DNA from: Patescibacteria group bacterium
GTDB taxonomy: Bacteria > Patescibacteriota > Minisyncoccia > Phycocordibacterales > SBAW01
Direction: 5' to 3'
NCBI GenBank assembly: GCA_028871115.1
Contig: JAGWOD010000001.1
Location: forward strand, 4,736 to 68,735
Length of the DNA stretch: 64,000 nucleotides
A program made the translations under genes and the position numbers. Position 1 is the first letter of the stretch. Each line of letters starts with the position of its first letter. The notes below the pieces were generated by a model, which saw only the letters and a program-made list of their open reading frames with translations, was not told the DNA's origin and did no database searches. Positions 8,977 to 17,686 of this stretch are shown here, in pieces.

Positions 8977-10769
8977 TGATGAAAGTCTCCCGTACCTGGC
9001 TTCAGAAATTCTTCGATACACCGCTGCCGGAAGCAGCAGAGCTCGCCGAGGCTCTCACCTTCCATGCCTTTGAAATAGAAGGAATTGAAGAAAACGATAT
9101 CCTCGATGTAAAGGTCACACCCAACCGAGGGCATGATTGCCTCTCGCACAGAGGCATCGCCAAAGAGCTTTCTGCTATCCTTTCTATTCCACTCGCCCAC
9201 GACCCGTTTTCCGAAACTAAGAGTCTCTCGCTGAAGACAAAAGAGGTAACGGTATCGGTTGAAAATGAAACCCTCTGTCCCCGCTATATTGCAGCAATAA
9301 TCCGGGGGGTGAGGGTAGGACCTTCGCCGCGGTGGCTCTCCCTGCGCCTTGAAGCACTTGGCCAGCGATCTATAAATAACGTGGTTGATGCTACGAATTT
9401 CGTGATGTTCAATCTAGGGCAACCACTCCATGCATTTGATGCTGCAAAGCTCAAGAAGCGAGATGATACATGGAGCATTGCGGTTCGTAATGCTCGGGAA
9501 GGGGAGCGGATACACACTCTTGATGGGAAAGATTATACACTCACTTCATCTATTCTTGTCATCTCCGATCCAAACGCCGATGAAGCCATAGGTATTGCGG
9601 GAGTAAAAGGAGGAATGCCTGCCGCTATTACTGAGGAGACGGTTGATATCATTATCGAGTCGGCGAATTTCAATGGACCCTGTGTACGCAAAGGAGCCCA
9701 GACTCTCAAGTTGCGCACCGATGCTTCCTCGCGGTTCGAGCAGGATTTGAGCCCGGAACTCGCGGGTTACGCAATGAACTCGGTAGTTGAGCTTATACGT
9801 ACGCTCGCGGGGGGAGAAATTCTAGGAGTTGTTGATAAGTACCCGAACCCACAGAAGAAGCAAGAAGTTGCTGTCTCTCTTTCTAAAATCAACGCCATTC
9901 TCGGTACCACCTTTGATGACGATAAGATTGCGAATATTTTTTCGCGTCTTGGATTTTCTTTCAAACATGATGGGAAAGAATTTTTGGTTACAGCACCGCT
10001 AGAGCGTCTCGACATTCTTCTTCCTGAGGATCTTGCCGAGGAAGTGGGTCGCATTGCCGGATATGATGAAATTCCTCTCACTCCTCTTCCACCCCTTGGA
10101 GGGGAACCCGAGATCAATCAGAGTTTCTCTGCCGTTGAGCGCGCCCGAGAGGATTTCATCTCAAAAGGATATTCCGAAGTCATTACTTCTGTGTTTGCCG
10201 ATGCGGGGGAGCGTACCGTGGCAAATAAAATTGACGGTGTGCGGCCCTACTTGCGGAGTACCCTTACAGATAATTTGCAGAGTACCCTCAAGAGAAACCT
10301 TCCCAATAAAGAGCTCCTCGGTCTCAAAGAAATAAAACTCTTCGAAGTAGGACCTGTGTGGCGGAATGGGAAAGAAGTGTTAATGGTCGGCAGCGCGAGT
10401 GAAAAAGGGCGAGTAAATGAAGTACCGCTATCTCTTGAAGCTCATGTTCCACACTATGATACCCCGTCCCTCTCTCAACTGCGCCGATATCGTCCATTCT
10501 CTCGCTTTCCCTATATTGTGAGAGATGTAGCGCTATGGGTTCCAAACGGAACCAATGCTGAGGAAGTACTCCATCGTATTCAGGAGCATGCAGGATCTCT
10601 TGTCGTGAACAGCTATCTCTTCGACACCTTCAAAAAAGGAGAAAAAGAATCTCTTGCGTTTCGGCTTATATTCCAATCCTTTGAACGCACCCTTGAAGAT
10701 TCCGAGGCAAATCAAGTGATGGAAAAGATACACACTTTTTTGCGTGCGCAAGGGTTTGAAATACGTTGA
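8976..10769 (+). CDS. pheT: Phenylalanine--tRNA ligase beta subunit (short)
   Basis: MKVSRTWLQKFFDT N-terminus, a B3/4 domain and a FDTF anticodon-binding C-terminus. It is overlapped with pheS at the TGATG junction. Confidence 0.85.
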   Translation: MMKVSRTWLQKFFDTPLPEAAELAEALTFHAFEIEGIEENDILDVKVTPNRGHDCLSHRGIAKELSAILSIPLAHDPFSETKSLSLKTKEVTVSVENETLCPRYIAAIIRGVRVGPSPRWLSLRLEALGQRSINNVVDATNFVMFNLGQPLHAFDAAKLKKRDDTWSIAVRNAREGERIHTLDGKDYTLTSSILVISDPNADEAIGIAGVKGGMPAAITEETVDIIIESANFNGPCVRKGAQTLKLRTDASSRFEQDLSPELAGYAMNSVVELIRTLAGGEILGVVDKYPNPQKKQEVAVSLSKINAILGTTFDDDKIANIFSRLGFSFKHDGKEFLVTAPLERLDILLPEDLAEEVGRIAGYDEIPLTPLPPLGGEPEINQSFSAVERAREDFISKGYSEVITSVFADAGERTVANKIDGVRPYLRSTLTDNLQSTLKRNLPNKELLGLKEIKLFEVGPVWRNGKEVLMVGSASEKGRVNEVPLSLEAHVPHYDTPSLSQLRRYRPFSRFPYIVRDVALWVPNGTNAEEVLHRIQEHAGSLVVNSYLFDTFKKGEKESLAFRLIFQSFERTLEDSEANQVMEKIHTFLRAQGFEIR

Positions 10770-10830
10770 AAATAGGGGATTTTTTCGTTTTCTCTCCTGT
10801 TGAGAATCTTCCCAGAATTTGCTAAAATAA

Positions 10831-10856
10831 AGGGGTCGGGAAACGACCTTTTTTCG
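10831..10856 (+). terminator. Rho-independent terminator after pheT
   Basis: GGTCG-GGAAA-CGACC hairpin followed by TTTTTT. Confidence 0.4.
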
Positions 10857-10863
10857 TTTAATC

Positions 10864-12936
10864 ATGGCTCAAAAAAGCAAAGAAGAAAAAGCGGCTGCAA
10901 AGACCGCAGTGGGCGCCTATAGCGCGGAATCTATCACGGTTCTTGAGGGGCTTGAGGCGGTACGCCGCCGTCCGGGCATGTACATAGGTACTACCGGATC
11001 CGATGGTCTCCACCACCTTATCTGGGAAGTCTTTGATAACTCTCGCGACGAGGCGATGGGAGGTTTCGCGGACGACATTGAGGTAGTGCTTCTGCCGGAA
11101 AATAGTATTCGTGTGGCGGACAATGGCCGCGGTATTCCGGTTGATGTCCACAAACAGACGAAGGTCTCCGCGCTTGAGACGGTCATGACTACTCTACACG
11201 CGGGGGGAAAGTTCGGAGGAGACGGCTATAAAGTCTCAGGAGGTCTCCACGGGGTTGGTGTCTCGGTGGTGAACGCTCTCTCCGTGTATGTGCAGGCCGA
11301 GGTACATCGGGACGGAGGCGTATATATGCAGGAGTACGCGCGGGGTAAAAAGAAAGCGTCGGTAAAAAAAATCGGAGCCTCGAAACTCCACGGCACCGTA
11401 ATTACTTTTTCCGCTGATCCGGAGATCTTCAATAAAATTGAATATGACTTCGATAAAATAGTGGCGCATCTACGAGAGCAGGCCTATCTCGTGAAGGGGC
11501 TGCGTATCAGCGTCATTGATGCTCGCGGAGGGAGCCTCAAATCTCCAGAGGCTGGGAAGGATCTCTACATACGCTCCCTACTTTCCGATTGTCCTTCCAT
11601 GACCTTCTACTTTGAAGGGGGACTTAAATCACTGGTTTCCTACTACAACCGCTATCAGAAACCTATCCATAAAAATATTTTCTATGTTGAGAAAGAGGAA
11701 GACAAGGTAGATGTCGAGATCTCCCTTCAGTACGTCGATGATGTAGCGGCACGCATGGTTGCGTTCGCCAATAATATTTACAACAGCGAAGGTGGAACGC
11801 ACGTGACAGGTTTTAAGACCGCACTCACGCGCTCGCTTAATGCCTATGCCCGTAAAAATAATCTCGCGAAGGAAAGCGATGAGAATTTTACGGGGGAGGA
11901 TGTCCTCGAAGGCCTCACGGCAGTCGTATCCGTAAAAATGCGGGAGATCCAATTTGAAGGCCAGACAAAGGGTAAATTGGGAAGCGTAGAAGCACGTGGC
12001 GCTGTTGAAACGGTATTTAGCGAAGCGTTTAGTTATTTCCTTGAAGAGAATCCGGATGATGCTCGGGCCATTATCGGCAAATCACTCCTTGCCATGAAAG
12101 CGCGCAAGGCAGCAAAGGCCGCAAAGGATTCAGTTCTGCGCAAAGGAGCCCTTGAAGGATTTGGACTGCCGGGCAAGCTCGCCGATTGTCAGAGCAAAGA
12201 GGCCGAAGAGTCTGAACTTTTCATTGTGGAGGGAGATTCCGCTGGAGGCTCAGGCAAACAGGGGCGTGATCGCCGTACCCAGGCGATTCTTCCACTGCGC
12301 GGGAAGATCCTCAACGTGGAGCGGGCCCGGCTCGATAAGATGCTTGCCTCCCAGGAAATCAGATATCTTATCCTCGCACTTGGCACTGCGATTGGTGACG
12401 TATTCGACCTATCGAAGCTTCGGTATCACAAAATCATCATTGCGACCGATGCCGACGTCGATGGAGCACATATCAGGACACTCCTCCTCACGCTTTTTTA
12501 CCGGCACTTCCGCCCAGTCATAGAAGGAGGATATCTCTATATTGCGCAACCGCCGCTTTATAAAATAAAGCGCGGTAAGGAAATTTTGTATGCATACTCT
12601 GACGATGACAAAATGAAACTACTCGGCAAAGATGCAGAAATCTCCGAGGAACCCCCCGAAGCGGGAGAGGAGAAGGACCCTGAGGCAGGGGAGGATGTTT
12701 CTGCAAAAGGGAAAAAACAAAAGATCTCCATTCAGCGCTACAAAGGTCTCGGCGAGATGAATCCTGAGGAGTTGTGGGAGACAACCATGGACCCTGCGCG
12801 CCGACAACTTAAACTTGTGACCATCGAAGATGCACAGGACGCTGACAGAGTGTTCGATATCCTTATGGGTGAGGATGTCCTATCACGTAAATCATTTATT
12901 CAAAGTAACGCCAAGCTTGCCAACCTCGATATATAA
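10864..12936 (+). CDS. gyrB: DNA gyrase subunit B
   Basis: GHKL ATPase (GLHHLIWEVFDNSRDEA), Toprim (EGDSAGGS) and a QRYKGLGEM tail. Confidence 0.9.
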   Translation: MAQKSKEEKAAAKTAVGAYSAESITVLEGLEAVRRRPGMYIGTTGSDGLHHLIWEVFDNSRDEAMGGFADDIEVVLLPENSIRVADNGRGIPVDVHKQTKVSALETVMTTLHAGGKFGGDGYKVSGGLHGVGVSVVNALSVYVQAEVHRDGGVYMQEYARGKKKASVKKIGASKLHGTVITFSADPEIFNKIEYDFDKIVAHLREQAYLVKGLRISVIDARGGSLKSPEAGKDLYIRSLLSDCPSMTFYFEGGLKSLVSYYNRYQKPIHKNIFYVEKEEDKVDVEISLQYVDDVAARMVAFANNIYNSEGGTHVTGFKTALTRSLNAYARKNNLAKESDENFTGEDVLEGLTAVVSVKMREIQFEGQTKGKLGSVEARGAVETVFSEAFSYFLEENPDDARAIIGKSLLAMKARKAAKAAKDSVLRKGALEGFGLPGKLADCQSKEAEESELFIVEGDSAGGSGKQGRDRRTQAILPLRGKILNVERARLDKMLASQEIRYLILALGTAIGDVFDLSKLRYHKIIIATDADVDGAHIRTLLLTLFYRHFRPVIEGGYLYIAQPPLYKIKRGKEILYAYSDDDKMKLLGKDAEISEEPPEAGEEKDPEAGEDVSAKGKKQKISIQRYKGLGEMNPEELWETTMDPARRQLKLVTIEDAQDADRVFDILMGEDVLSRKSFIQSNAKLANLDI

Positions 12937-12965
12937 AAAACTCCCGCTTTTAAGCGGGAGTTTTT
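12935..12965. terminator. Bidirectional Rho-independent terminator between gyrB (+) and the convergent surface-protein gene (-)
   Basis: AAAAAA-CTCCCGC-TTTTAA-GCGGGAG-TTTTT. Confidence 0.6.
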
Positions 12966-12978
12966 AGGTTGCAGGGAT

Positions 12979-14028
12979 TTAGTAGATTGTGGCGCTCGCT
13001 GTATTGTTTGCGAAATTCACGTCACCAGTCCTCTCTCCGGGGTCAGCCGTTATAGTGACCACTCCACTGGAGAGGTAGCCGCCGTTTCCTTGCGCTCCGT
13101 AGCAGGGAGCGGGGTACCCGATTGGATAGACAGGTGCCGTAGGATTGCAGTTTGACTCCTGGGAGTAGATCGGAGCCCTCCAGTTGAGCGTGTATACGAT
13201 ATAGCCTCCTGGAGGAAGCGCCTGTTGGGGTGCTGAGATGTAGGTATATGCAGGGGAGAGAGGAAGCGAAGCGGTGAAGATCCAGCCAGCGGGGGCAGTG
13301 AGAGAGCCCGCATTTCCTATTTCGAACTCCACGCTGCCCTGGCCTGCCGAGAGGATGCGCACTGACAGATCCACGCCTGCTACTTCCTGTGCGGGGTAAC
13401 CTTTGGAGACGCCTTTTACTGAGTAGCCTTTAGTTGCCGGAGCGGTTGCCACGGGGGCAGTTGTTTTTGTGGGTGCGATGGTTACCGACGCGCTTCCTGT
13501 CGCGGTTATGGCCCCTGTCGCGAGATTGACGGCTGAGACACTGATTTCTGTTGCCACATTCTTTTCTCCTGGGACATGCGGAATAAGGAGCATGTGCTCG
13601 GTCGCGTCCACATAATTAAAGGGAGTATTGCAGGGAACCGCCTGATATGCGCCGGTAGGAATAGGAGCATCAAGCGAAAGGCCGCTCGTACATGCGTAGG
13701 AAATTTCGTACCCGTATGCTCCCTCAGAGGGAGCAGCACTGTTTATGCTGTGCGTCCAAGAAACCATAAATGCGCTGCCTGAGGGCAGAGTACTTGAGGC
13801 GATCGAAACTACTACCACCTGATTCACTTGAGCTTGAGTGGGGGTGCTTGTCGATGTTTGAGGAGAAAACGGTTGGGAGAATAGGGAAGAGAACCCACCG
13901 CCGATCTCTCCAAGTACATTAGGGATATTGGAGGCAACGATAATGATGCCCCAAGCCCCGAGAATGAGGAGTAGTACCAGTCCGACTACGGTAAGGATGC
14001 GGAGCAGCTCCGTTCGCGTTTTTTCCAT
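12979..14028 (-). CDS. N-terminally membrane-anchored cell-surface protein with a C-terminal CARDB-like domain
   Basis: N-terminal TM helix, then Ser/Thr/Ala-rich Ig-like segments, then a C-terminal ...NAGSLTAPAGW...DPGERTGDVNFANNTASATI segment that resembles the CARDB fold. Confidence 0.5.
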   Translation of the reverse strand: MEKTRTELLRILTVVGLVLLLILGAWGIIIVASNIPNVLGEIGGGFSSLFSQPFSPQTSTSTPTQAQVNQVVVVSIASSTLPSGSAFMVSWTHSINSAAPSEGAYGYEISYACTSGLSLDAPIPTGAYQAVPCNTPFNYVDATEHMLLIPHVPGEKNVATEISVSAVNLATGAITATGSASVTIAPTKTTAPVATAPATKGYSVKGVSKGYPAQEVAGVDLSVRILSAGQGSVEFEIGNAGSLTAPAGWIFTASLPLSPAYTYISAPQQALPPGGYIVYTLNWRAPIYSQESNCNPTAPVYPIGYPAPCYGAQGNGGYLSSGVVTITADPGERTGDVNFANNTASATIY

Positions 14029-14100
14029 GGTGCCGCGAAGATATCATTGATAATCAATACTGTCAAGAACCCTTACTTGACAGCAACGTTATTTTAGGGT

Positions 14101-14904
14101 ATGCTTTCCAAAGCCTTGCAAATGCGAGGTAAAAGGAGCACCGTCACGGTGGATAGAAAACGCTCCTCCGTGAAGGACCCTCATAAGCACATAGACATGG
14201 ATTTGAAAGGAAAAGGCATCGTACTGGAGATAGAGGAACATCGCGTCGGCTTTTCGCTGGCGTTCATCCTTATTTTCACGGGAAGTTTTCTTTTTCTCGC
14301 GGTCCTCAACGTACTGCCCGATCCGACGGCGCAGTGGAATGAGGAGCACGGCGGTACGCCGGTTCCTGAGTACTCGCAGCCTTCATCGGTTGCAAGTACT
14401 ACTTCTTCTGCGCAGGGAAATACTGCCACTACCTCGGTAGCTGCTTTCTACGAGCAACCGGTCCGTATTGTCATTGATTCTATATCGCTTGATGTGGCGG
14501 TCTCGAACCCAACATCAACCAATGTCGGTGTCCTCGACAGCTGGCTTCTTAAGGGAGCAGTGCGCTATCCGACCTCCGCACTCTTGGGACAGTTTGGCAC
14601 CGTGCTCCTCTTCGGGCACTCGAGCTATCTCACTATCCCAGGGGATCAACCGTATAAGACCTTTGACGGTATACAGAATCTTCGAACAGGCGATGAGATC
14701 AGCGTCTATTCCTCAACCAAGGAATACCGCTACCGCGTGACTGGGGTGCGCCAGGCGAACGTCAACGATCAAAATACGTCGACGATTGAATTGCCCTCCA
14801 ACGGCCAATTCCTCACCCTCATTACTTGTGATTCCTTTGCAACTAAATCTGACCGATTTGTTGTCACTGCTCAGTTTGTAGGAACCTATTCGCTCGCGAG
14901 TTAA
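14101..14904 (+). CDS. Sortase (transpeptidase), membrane-anchored
   Basis: TM segment, then the catalytic triad context FGHSS ... LRTGDEISV ... LTLITC ... DRFVV (His, TLxTC Cys, Arg). The true start may be an internal Met, since a TTGACA-N16-TATGCT promoter overlaps 14077-14105. Confidence 0.75.
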   Translation: MLSKALQMRGKRSTVTVDRKRSSVKDPHKHIDMDLKGKGIVLEIEEHRVGFSLAFILIFTGSFLFLAVLNVLPDPTAQWNEEHGGTPVPEYSQPSSVASTTSSAQGNTATTSVAAFYEQPVRIVIDSISLDVAVSNPTSTNVGVLDSWLLKGAVRYPTSALLGQFGTVLLFGHSSYLTIPGDQPYKTFDGIQNLRTGDEISVYSSTKEYRYRVTGVRQANVNDQNTSTIELPSNGQFLTLITCDSFATKSDRFVVTAQFVGTYSLAS

Positions 14905-15068
14905 TCGCGGACGGATAGGTCCTTGCAACCCGGCATCCTCATATCTACGGACTCCGTACACATGAGTATGCCGTGAAGTGCATGGGCTCGGGCAAAGCGC
15001 CCGAAGCACCTTTCCATCAACCCCGCTTGGCTATGTTCTAGCCAGGCACTTTCTGGAGGTTAACGACA

Positions 15069-15602
15069 ATGGCTACTACGAAAAACGGTAAGTCGAAGAA
15101 GACTACTCCGAACCCCAACCTGATCAAGGTGATGTTCGAGGGCGTCCTCGATGTCTTCTTGCCCAAGAACTTCTCGACTCTCGCGCCTGCGGCCCCCGGC
15201 CCGGCTCCGACTCCACCGAAAAGTCCTCCGGTTCCGCCGGTGCATATCGGCAGTTCGAGGCACATCGGCTGGCCTGCCGTCGCGCTGGCCCTGTTGGCGC
15301 TCATCGGCGTGATCTGGCTCATCGACAACGGCTTTCCTCACCCGATCCGTCACATCGCGCTTCCCATGATTGGCGGCACGCAGAAGACAGCGGAAGTGAC
15401 CAGTACTCCGGAATGCCAGCGCGGCTGGTCCTGGAATTCGGCTCACGGCCGCTGCGAGTCTCCGACGCCTCAGAGCGAGCTCAAGCAGTACGATGTCGCG
15501 AAGGCGAATTGCAAGCCCGGCGACATCAAGCCAGTCAAGGTCAGCGTTCCGGGTCATCCGGATGTGGAGCGGATCGTGATGCAGAAGTGCGTCTACCGCT
15601 AA
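15069..15602 (+). CDS. Hypothetical Pro-rich single-pass membrane protein with a Cys-containing extracytoplasmic domain (GC-rich island)
   Basis: GGAGG SD at 15053-15057. The protein has a Pro-rich cytoplasmic stretch, a TM helix and a Cys-containing C-terminal domain. Local GC is clearly above the window average. Confidence 0.45.
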   Translation: MATTKNGKSKKTTPNPNLIKVMFEGVLDVFLPKNFSTLAPAAPGPAPTPPKSPPVPPVHIGSSRHIGWPAVALALLALIGVIWLIDNGFPHPIRHIALPMIGGTQKTAEVTSTPECQRGWSWNSAHGRCESPTPQSELKQYDVAKANCKPGDIKPVKVSVPGHPDVERIVMQKCVYR

Positions 15603-15614
15603 CTTTCAACAGGA

Positions 15615-15667
15615 CTCGGCGGAGTAGGTGTTTACACACCTACTCCGCCGAGCTCCATTTTTTTCTT
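15615..15667 (+). terminator. Strong Rho-independent terminator
   Basis: Perfect ~16-bp stem CTCGGCGGAGTAGGTGT / ACACCTACTCCGCCGAG followed by a T7 run. Confidence 0.7.
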
Positions 15668-15748
15668 GTGTTGGACTGTTTGTTCGCAATGACGTTGCGA
15701 ATAAGAAGACCCACACAAGGGTCGGCAAGCGCTACAAGGAGGAATCCA

Positions 15749-16285
15749 ATGCGCACCTTCGCCGCCCTCTTGGGAGGGCTGATGTTCTTTTCGCTTATCT
15801 GTTTCCCTTCCGTGACGTCGGCCGACGGCATGCCCGTACCCCAGCAGCAGGAATGCTCCGGATGTACGGCGTATGAGAATGCCCACGCCAAACCGAAGCC
15901 CACGAAGATCCGCCTTGTCTGTTATAAGTTCGAACAGCAGGCAAAGGATGCGGTGGTATTGACCATCCTCGATGTTCGAGGAATGACGCTTCCGCAGGAC
16001 CCCACAAAGCTCGATGCGCTTCTGAGCCAGCTCATTGCGGGCAAAGATCACATCGTTCATCGAGCTGCGTCTAAGGTCGCCAAGCCGCTCGACGAATATT
16101 GTATCGGGAAGTGGCGTGTGATCGAGGTCCTGAAGGAGGGCTACCTGGTCATTCTCTGCAACGGTCTGCCGGGCGGAAACAAGAAGGCCGTATTCAGGCC
16201 CGCCGACAGTCAGGCGATCCTGAACGGGGAGTATAGGCGGGCGTGCCTCGCGAATCATTGCGAACACGCTACGCACTCGCTCTAA
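15749..16285 (+). CDS. Hypothetical secreted Cys-containing protein (GC-rich island)
   Basis: AAGGAGG SD at 15736-15742, 6 nt before the ATG. There is a signal peptide (MRTFAALLGGLMFFSLICFPSVTSADG) and several Cys. The long upstream extension in the ORF track (from 15413) overlaps the terminator and is rejected. Confidence 0.45.
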   Translation: MRTFAALLGGLMFFSLICFPSVTSADGMPVPQQQECSGCTAYENAHAKPKPTKIRLVCYKFEQQAKDAVVLTILDVRGMTLPQDPTKLDALLSQLIAGKDHIVHRAASKVAKPLDEYCIGKWRVIEVLKEGYLVILCNGLPGGNKKAVFRPADSQAILNGEYRRACLANHCEHATHSL

Positions 16286-16293
16286 AGTCGGTT

Positions 16294-16335
16294 TGTCTCG
16301 GGCGGCCCAAAACCGCCCGAGACACCCCTATTTTA
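16294..16335 (+). terminator. Rho-independent terminator after the island
   Basis: GTCTCGGGCGG-CCCAAAA-CCGCCCGAGAC hairpin followed by a T-rich tract. Confidence 0.55.
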
Positions 16336-16392
16336 AGTACTTGACAAAACGAATGATTCATTTATAATTACTTTTGTTCAAATTAGATTGTT

Positions 16393-17601
16393 ATGAAAAA
16401 CACCTCCAAAAATAACGTTTCTTTTCTTTTTAAAGCCACAGTAATGGCAGTTATCTCTATTGGCATGTTTGCTGGTTCTCTTCAGTTTGCCCAAGCGCAG
16501 GAGACTCTGGATGGAGGCTGTTGCGGCTCAACTGGCTGGGACACCACTGGGGGTACAGACTCCTACGCTCCTTCGACGGGTTGGGATACTACGTCAGGAA
16601 CTGATTCCTATGTTCCTAGCACCGGCTGGGACACCACTGCGGGTACAGATTCCTATGTACCCTCAACTGGTTGGGACACGATTTCAGGAACTGATTCTTA
16701 TGTGCCGTATAGTTCGGCTCCGACCTATACCGCTTCAGGTGACTATACAGCCACCGGTAGCTACCTCCCTTCATATGGATATAGTTCAGCTTCTTACGGT
16801 GGGTATGCTCTCGGAGGCGCGTTTGGCTACAGCAATCCTTCTTACAGTCGCGTCTACGCACCGACGACGGTACTCACCAATACCATCGATAACGGGAACA
16901 GCTGTACTGCTATAAATAGCTGCAATACGAATACTACGGTCTCATCGCCGACAACCATCAGCTATAACAATTCTTCGCCGAGCTACCCTCTTTACCCCAT
17001 TTATCCTAGCTACCCTTCGTATCCGACCTATCCTTCGGCATATCAAGCTCCGACCTGCTCAATCCAAGTTTCTCCCTCAGTAGTCGCCTATGGGCAAGGA
17101 GTGACCCTCTCATGGACAAGTTCTGGAGCTACGTCAGGCAATATCTCTAATATTGGAAACGTCGCTCCGTCGGGCACTACCTACCTCAACGCGTACCAGA
17201 CGATTGTCTACAATGGCACCTTCTATGGTCCGGCTGGCTCTACGAATTGCTCGGCTACTATATCCGTCTCTGGATACAACAATCCCGCTCCGTACGTAAC
17301 CCTCAGTCAAGTGCCCTACACTGGCCTTGATCTGGGACCGACCGGCACCGCGCTCTACTGGCTCTTCCTTGTCCTTTGGTGTGCTATCGCTGCCTACTTT
17401 ATAGCGGTAAAGAAAATCCACATCCGAATCATCAATTGGTCTCGGGGATTCTTCCTCGGTGACGCGGATACGGTAGCTCATCCAGCCTACCAAGGGGCAC
17501 ACTCCAGCGCTGCGAAGCATTCGCTAGCCCACACTGTTCAGTCAGGAGTTGATACGGTAGATAATTTTATCCTCGCTCAGGTTCATCGCGGACATCGGTA
17601 A
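16393..17601 (+). CDS. Secreted repeat-containing surface protein with a C-terminal VPYTG motif plus hydrophobic segment plus basic patch (sortase-substrate-like)
   Basis: Signal peptide, then 4x 15-aa repeat STGWDTTxGTDSYxP, a Tyr/Ser/Pro-rich low-complexity region (PSYPSYPTYP) and an Ig-like domain. The C-terminus reads ...LSQVPYTGLDLGPTG-TALYWLFLVLWCAIAAYFIAV-KKIHIRI..., followed by ~55 more residues. Confidence 0.6.
   Translation: MKNTSKNNVSFLFKATVMAVISIGMFAGSLQFAQAQETLDGGCCGSTGWDTTGGTDSYAPSTGWDTTSGTDSYVPSTGWDTTAGTDSYVPSTGWDTISGTDSYVPYSSAPTYTASGDYTATGSYLPSYGYSSASYGGYALGGAFGYSNPSYSRVYAPTTVLTNTIDNGNSCTAINSCNTNTTVSSPTTISYNNSSPSYPLYPIYPSYPSYPTYPSAYQAPTCSIQVSPSVVAYGQGVTLSWTSSGATSGNISNIGNVAPSGTTYLNAYQTIVYNGTFYGPAGSTNCSATISVSGYNNPAPYVTLSQVPYTGLDLGPTGTALYWLFLVLWCAIAAYFIAVKKIHIRIINWSRGFFLGDADTVAHPAYQGAHSSAAKHSLAHTVQSGVDTVDNFILAQVHRGHR
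16528..16707 (+). repeat. Intragenic tandem repeat, 4 x 45 bp organised as an ABAB 90-bp duplication
   Basis: Units 1/3 and 2/4 are nearly identical at the DNA level (ggctgggacaccactg.gggtacaga.tcctac / ggttgggatac.ac.tcaggaactgattc.tatgt). Confidence 0.8.
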
Positions 17602-17632
17602 TTTCCTTTAGGGAAGAGATGCGAGGTTCCAA

Positions 17633-17674
17633 AACACACACAATCCCAGCGGCAATCCGCTGGGATTGTGTGTT
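17633..17674. terminator. Bidirectional terminator hairpin between the convergent surface-protein gene and thrS
   Basis: 18-bp perfect stem AACACACACAATCCCAGCGG-CAAT-CCGCTGGGATTGTGTGTT. Confidence 0.6.
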
Positions 17675-17686
17675 GAAAGAGCCCTC

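Noticed and set aside
15413-15748. Long N-terminal extension (MPARLVLEF…) of the second island ORF
   Set aside because: It overlaps the strong terminator hairpin at 15615-15667 and has no SD. An AAGGAGG SD plus an ATG at 15749 gives a clean signal peptide instead.
16393-17601. PEP-CTERM/exosortase-type sorting signal
   Set aside because: The C-terminal motif is VPYTG rather than PEP. A canonical sortase, not an exosortase, is encoded two genes upstream.
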